Shown in pieces: positions 63,101 to 64,000 of a stretch of 64,000 bases of DNA. A program made the position numbers and the translations under genes. Where the stretch lies: NCBI GenBank assembly GCA_050260515.1, contig JBLNCI010000040.1:48331-112330 (forward strand), given 5' to 3'. Within the stretch, counting starts at the first letter, position 1; every line of letters starts with the position of its first letter. The notes under the pieces were generated by a model. That model was not told where the DNA came from. It made no database searches and worked only from the letters and a program-made list of their open reading frames with translations. This DNA is from Gemmatimonas sp. (lineage in GTDB: Bacteria; Pseudomonadota; Alphaproteobacteria; SMXQ01).

Positions 63101-63615
63101 CCGCGGCCGACGTCGTCGTCTGGGCGTGCGACGAGGCGCCGGGGTTCACCCCCGACCGGCCGCAGGACGCGGCGTTCGTCGGCAACATCGTCGAGGCGAT
63201 CAAGGCCTACGGCGAGGGCAAGCTCGGCGCGCCCGCGATCAAGCTGTCCGAGGTCGACCGCATCGTCGCGATCGGCTCCGACGCGATGATGGCCGCGGTG
63301 GGGCGCGCCCGCCACGGCGTGCTGCAGCCGCTGCTCAAGCCCGAGCATGCCGCGATCGGCTCGATCAACTCGCCGATGCAGTGCATGATGAAGGAGATCT
63401 GCGCGCAGTGCCTCCAGCCGCACGTCGATCCCAAGACCGGCGAGACCACGGTGGTGTTCTCCTGCTTCAACCAGGATCAGCCGCTCGATGAGGTGAACTT
63501 CGCCGGGCTGCGCGACCGGCTGTCGCAGAACGGCGTCCAGGAGAAGCTGACGGCGCAGTGGATCGACCGCTGCCTCAAGCGCCTCGGCGCCCGGACGGCG
63601 ACGGCGGCCGAGTAG
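60106..63615 (+). CDS. Large multidomain flavo-iron-sulfur oxidoreductase: N-terminal unknown domain + GltD/NfnB-like (2x[4Fe-4S], FAD, NAD(P)H) + PyrK/NfnA-like ([2Fe-2S], FAD)
   Basis: 1169 aa. The GltD-like cluster region is YCIVCHNQGKDSC...GCPLDERISEMNSL...CNDCMKAC. The FAD/NAD(P) motifs are KVLVVGMGPAGFTLAH and VVVIGGGLTAIDTA. The C-terminal PyrK-like part has FQPGQFFRL (FAD), LLVGGGLGNAVL (NAD) and CMMKEICAQC...C (2Fe-2S). Confidence 0.7.
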   Translation: MSELTLKHGLRFEDLYDHAGLARLDGAFRAELAKSDAELAARLDAARVDPDALGQKPEADLLLAVAPYFEDFVADLFGIRADVQALAEKHNALAPLYACKRLFVQRRAAKAVKADQIEGLDGRALEAELLAVLGIATFDELAFARTVMSWLDDEPAHEAPLALAARYAAWATLSKPGRERHAGSVLFHIPAKIDPIHLVHVEKTERDGVAVLGLPQEKQRRREGFGLTDPRMDMVAALDHAHYCIVCHNQGKDSCSKGLKDRKTGDYQKSAFGVSLPGCPLDERISEMNSLKSEGHAIAALAAVAIDNPMCAATGHRICNDCMKACIYQKQEPVNIPQVETRSLTDVLDLPWGFEIYALLTRWNPLNLRRPYPKVESGYKVLVVGMGPAGFTLAHHLLNEGHAVAAIDGLKIEPLDPVLSGVKADGSRVPFKPVRDWKSLRENLDDRTMAGFGGVAEYGITVRWDKNFLKLVRLLLERRSTFALYGGVRFGGTITVEDAFAMGFDHIALCAGAGRPTFISMPNALARGVRQASDFLMGLQLTGAAKADSIANLVVRLPVVVIGGGLTAIDTATESLAYYPVQVEKFLARYETLIAERGEEAVRARWTPSEAEIAEEFLAHGRAIRAERETAKRDSRAPKIRELLQSWGGATIAYRRWLTDSPSYTLNHEEVEKAMEEGIVFAEGLSPVEVEIDDAGHAKALECARMEPGDDGRLQDTGTTVFLPARTILVAAGTQPNTVLARESNTPIALDGRHFQAVDEDGNSVHPERSAKPAKTHVLMAVEQDGKRVSFFGDLHPSFAGNVVKAMASAKRGYPVVSRTLARRTPAGPSPRELFATLNRDLRPRVHAVNRLTPTIIEVVVEAPAAARAFQPGQFFRLQNFETAAPLVDGTRLAMEGLALTGAWVDRDRGLVSVIVLEMGGSSDLCAMLKPGEPVVLMGPTGTPTHTPPKETVLLVGGGLGNAVLFSIGKALRAAGSKVLYVAGYKKRIDRYKVEEIEAAADVVVWACDEAPGFTPDRPQDAAFVGNIVEAIKAYGEGKLGAPAIKLSEVDRIVAIGSDAMMAAVGRARHGVLQPLLKPEHAAIGSINSPMQCMMKEICAQCLQPHVDPKTGETTVVFSCFNQDQPLDEVNFAGLRDRLSQNGVQEKLTAQWIDRCLKRLGARTATAAE

Positions 63616-63679
63616 CGAGAGGGGCTTGGCGCGGGCACTCGTCCGCGCCACACTCGTTCCGGCAGCGAAGGAGCGACCC

Positions 63680-64000
63680 ATGTCCCGTGCCGCGAGTCAC
63701 GTCCGTCTCGATTACGCCGAGTTCCGCAAGCGGGCGCCCCAGGTCGCCGACGCGCTGACCGCGCTGAGCAAGACCGCGCGCGAGAACGGGATCGAGCCCG
63801 ACCTCGTCGAGCTGATCAAGATCCGCGCCTCGCAGATCAACGGCTGCGCGTTCTGCCTCCAGTACCACCTCAATGAGGCGCGCAGGCTCGGCGTCGCGCC
63901 GGAGAAGCTCGACCTCGTCGCGACGTGGCGCGAGGCCGGCATCTACTCGGCCCGCGAACAGGCGGCGCTCGCCTGGACCGAGGCGCTGACCGAGGTCTCG
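63680..64000 (+). CDS. Carboxymuconolactone decarboxylase / AhpD-like family protein (3' truncated by window end)
   Basis: MSRAASHVRLDYAEFRKRAP... contains the AhpD-core motif INGCAFCLQYH. Confidence 0.6.
   Translation, partial: MSRAASHVRLDYAEFRKRAPQVADALTALSKTARENGIEPDLVELIKIRASQINGCAFCLQYHLNEARRLGVAPEKLDLVATWREAGIYSAREQAALAWTEALTEVS

Overview
This is a high-GC (about 65-70%) alphaproteobacterial chromosome segment, most likely Rhizobiales / Bradyrhizobiaceae-like.

**Core region, 1-29 kb.** It holds a tandem glycine riboswitch upstream of the glycine-cleavage operon gcvT-gcvH-gcvPA-gcvPB, and the F0 ATP-synthase operon atpI-B-E-F2-F (minus strand). It also holds an unusually long SMC (1404 aa) with in-frame tandem-repeat expansions in both coiled-coil arms. 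Next come a DsbA-like oxidoreductase and the conserved DUF721 / mutY / ccrM / rnhB neighbourhood, then a PA0069-family radical-SAM gene with a candidate alpha-type LexA box. The rest of the core block is a GT2 glycosyltransferase, moaB, a soluble lytic transglycosylase, a family-4 UDG, ETF-ubiquinone oxidoreductase, a TPR lipoprotein and ispE.

**Accessory region, 29-57 kb.** After tRNA-Gln(UUG) at 28.9 kb the content becomes accessory-like, mainly a dispersed Rieske-oxygenase-centred catabolic gene set.
- The Rieske alpha and beta subunits lie at 51.4-53.2 kb.
- The Rieske ferredoxin is at 43.0 kb and the ferredoxin reductase at 38.7 kb.
- Nearby are a bicupin dioxygenase, two PcaC-like proteins, an ornithine-cyclodeaminase-family gene and a DHDPS-family gene.
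- Also present are a UbiD decarboxylase with MarR, a ThDP enzyme, a PhtD-like protein, an orphan fused TRAP permease and an MFS transporter.
- The substrate is unknown and could not be inferred.

**Other regions.**
- A composite palindromic repeat built from TGTCCCA / TGGGACA half-sites occurs twice (20.9 kb and 42.1 kb).
- The 3' end carries a ferredoxin-type nitrite/sulfite reductase with an unusual C-terminal extension, followed by a 1169-aa GltD/NfnB-like + PyrK/NfnA-like fusion protein with a roughly 230-aa N-terminal domain of unknown function.
- No CRISPR arrays, integrases or transposases were seen.

Many long six-frame ORFs in this window are GC-skew artefacts antisense to real genes and were discarded. 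Coordinates are accurate to about +/-3 nt for starts chosen by hand.
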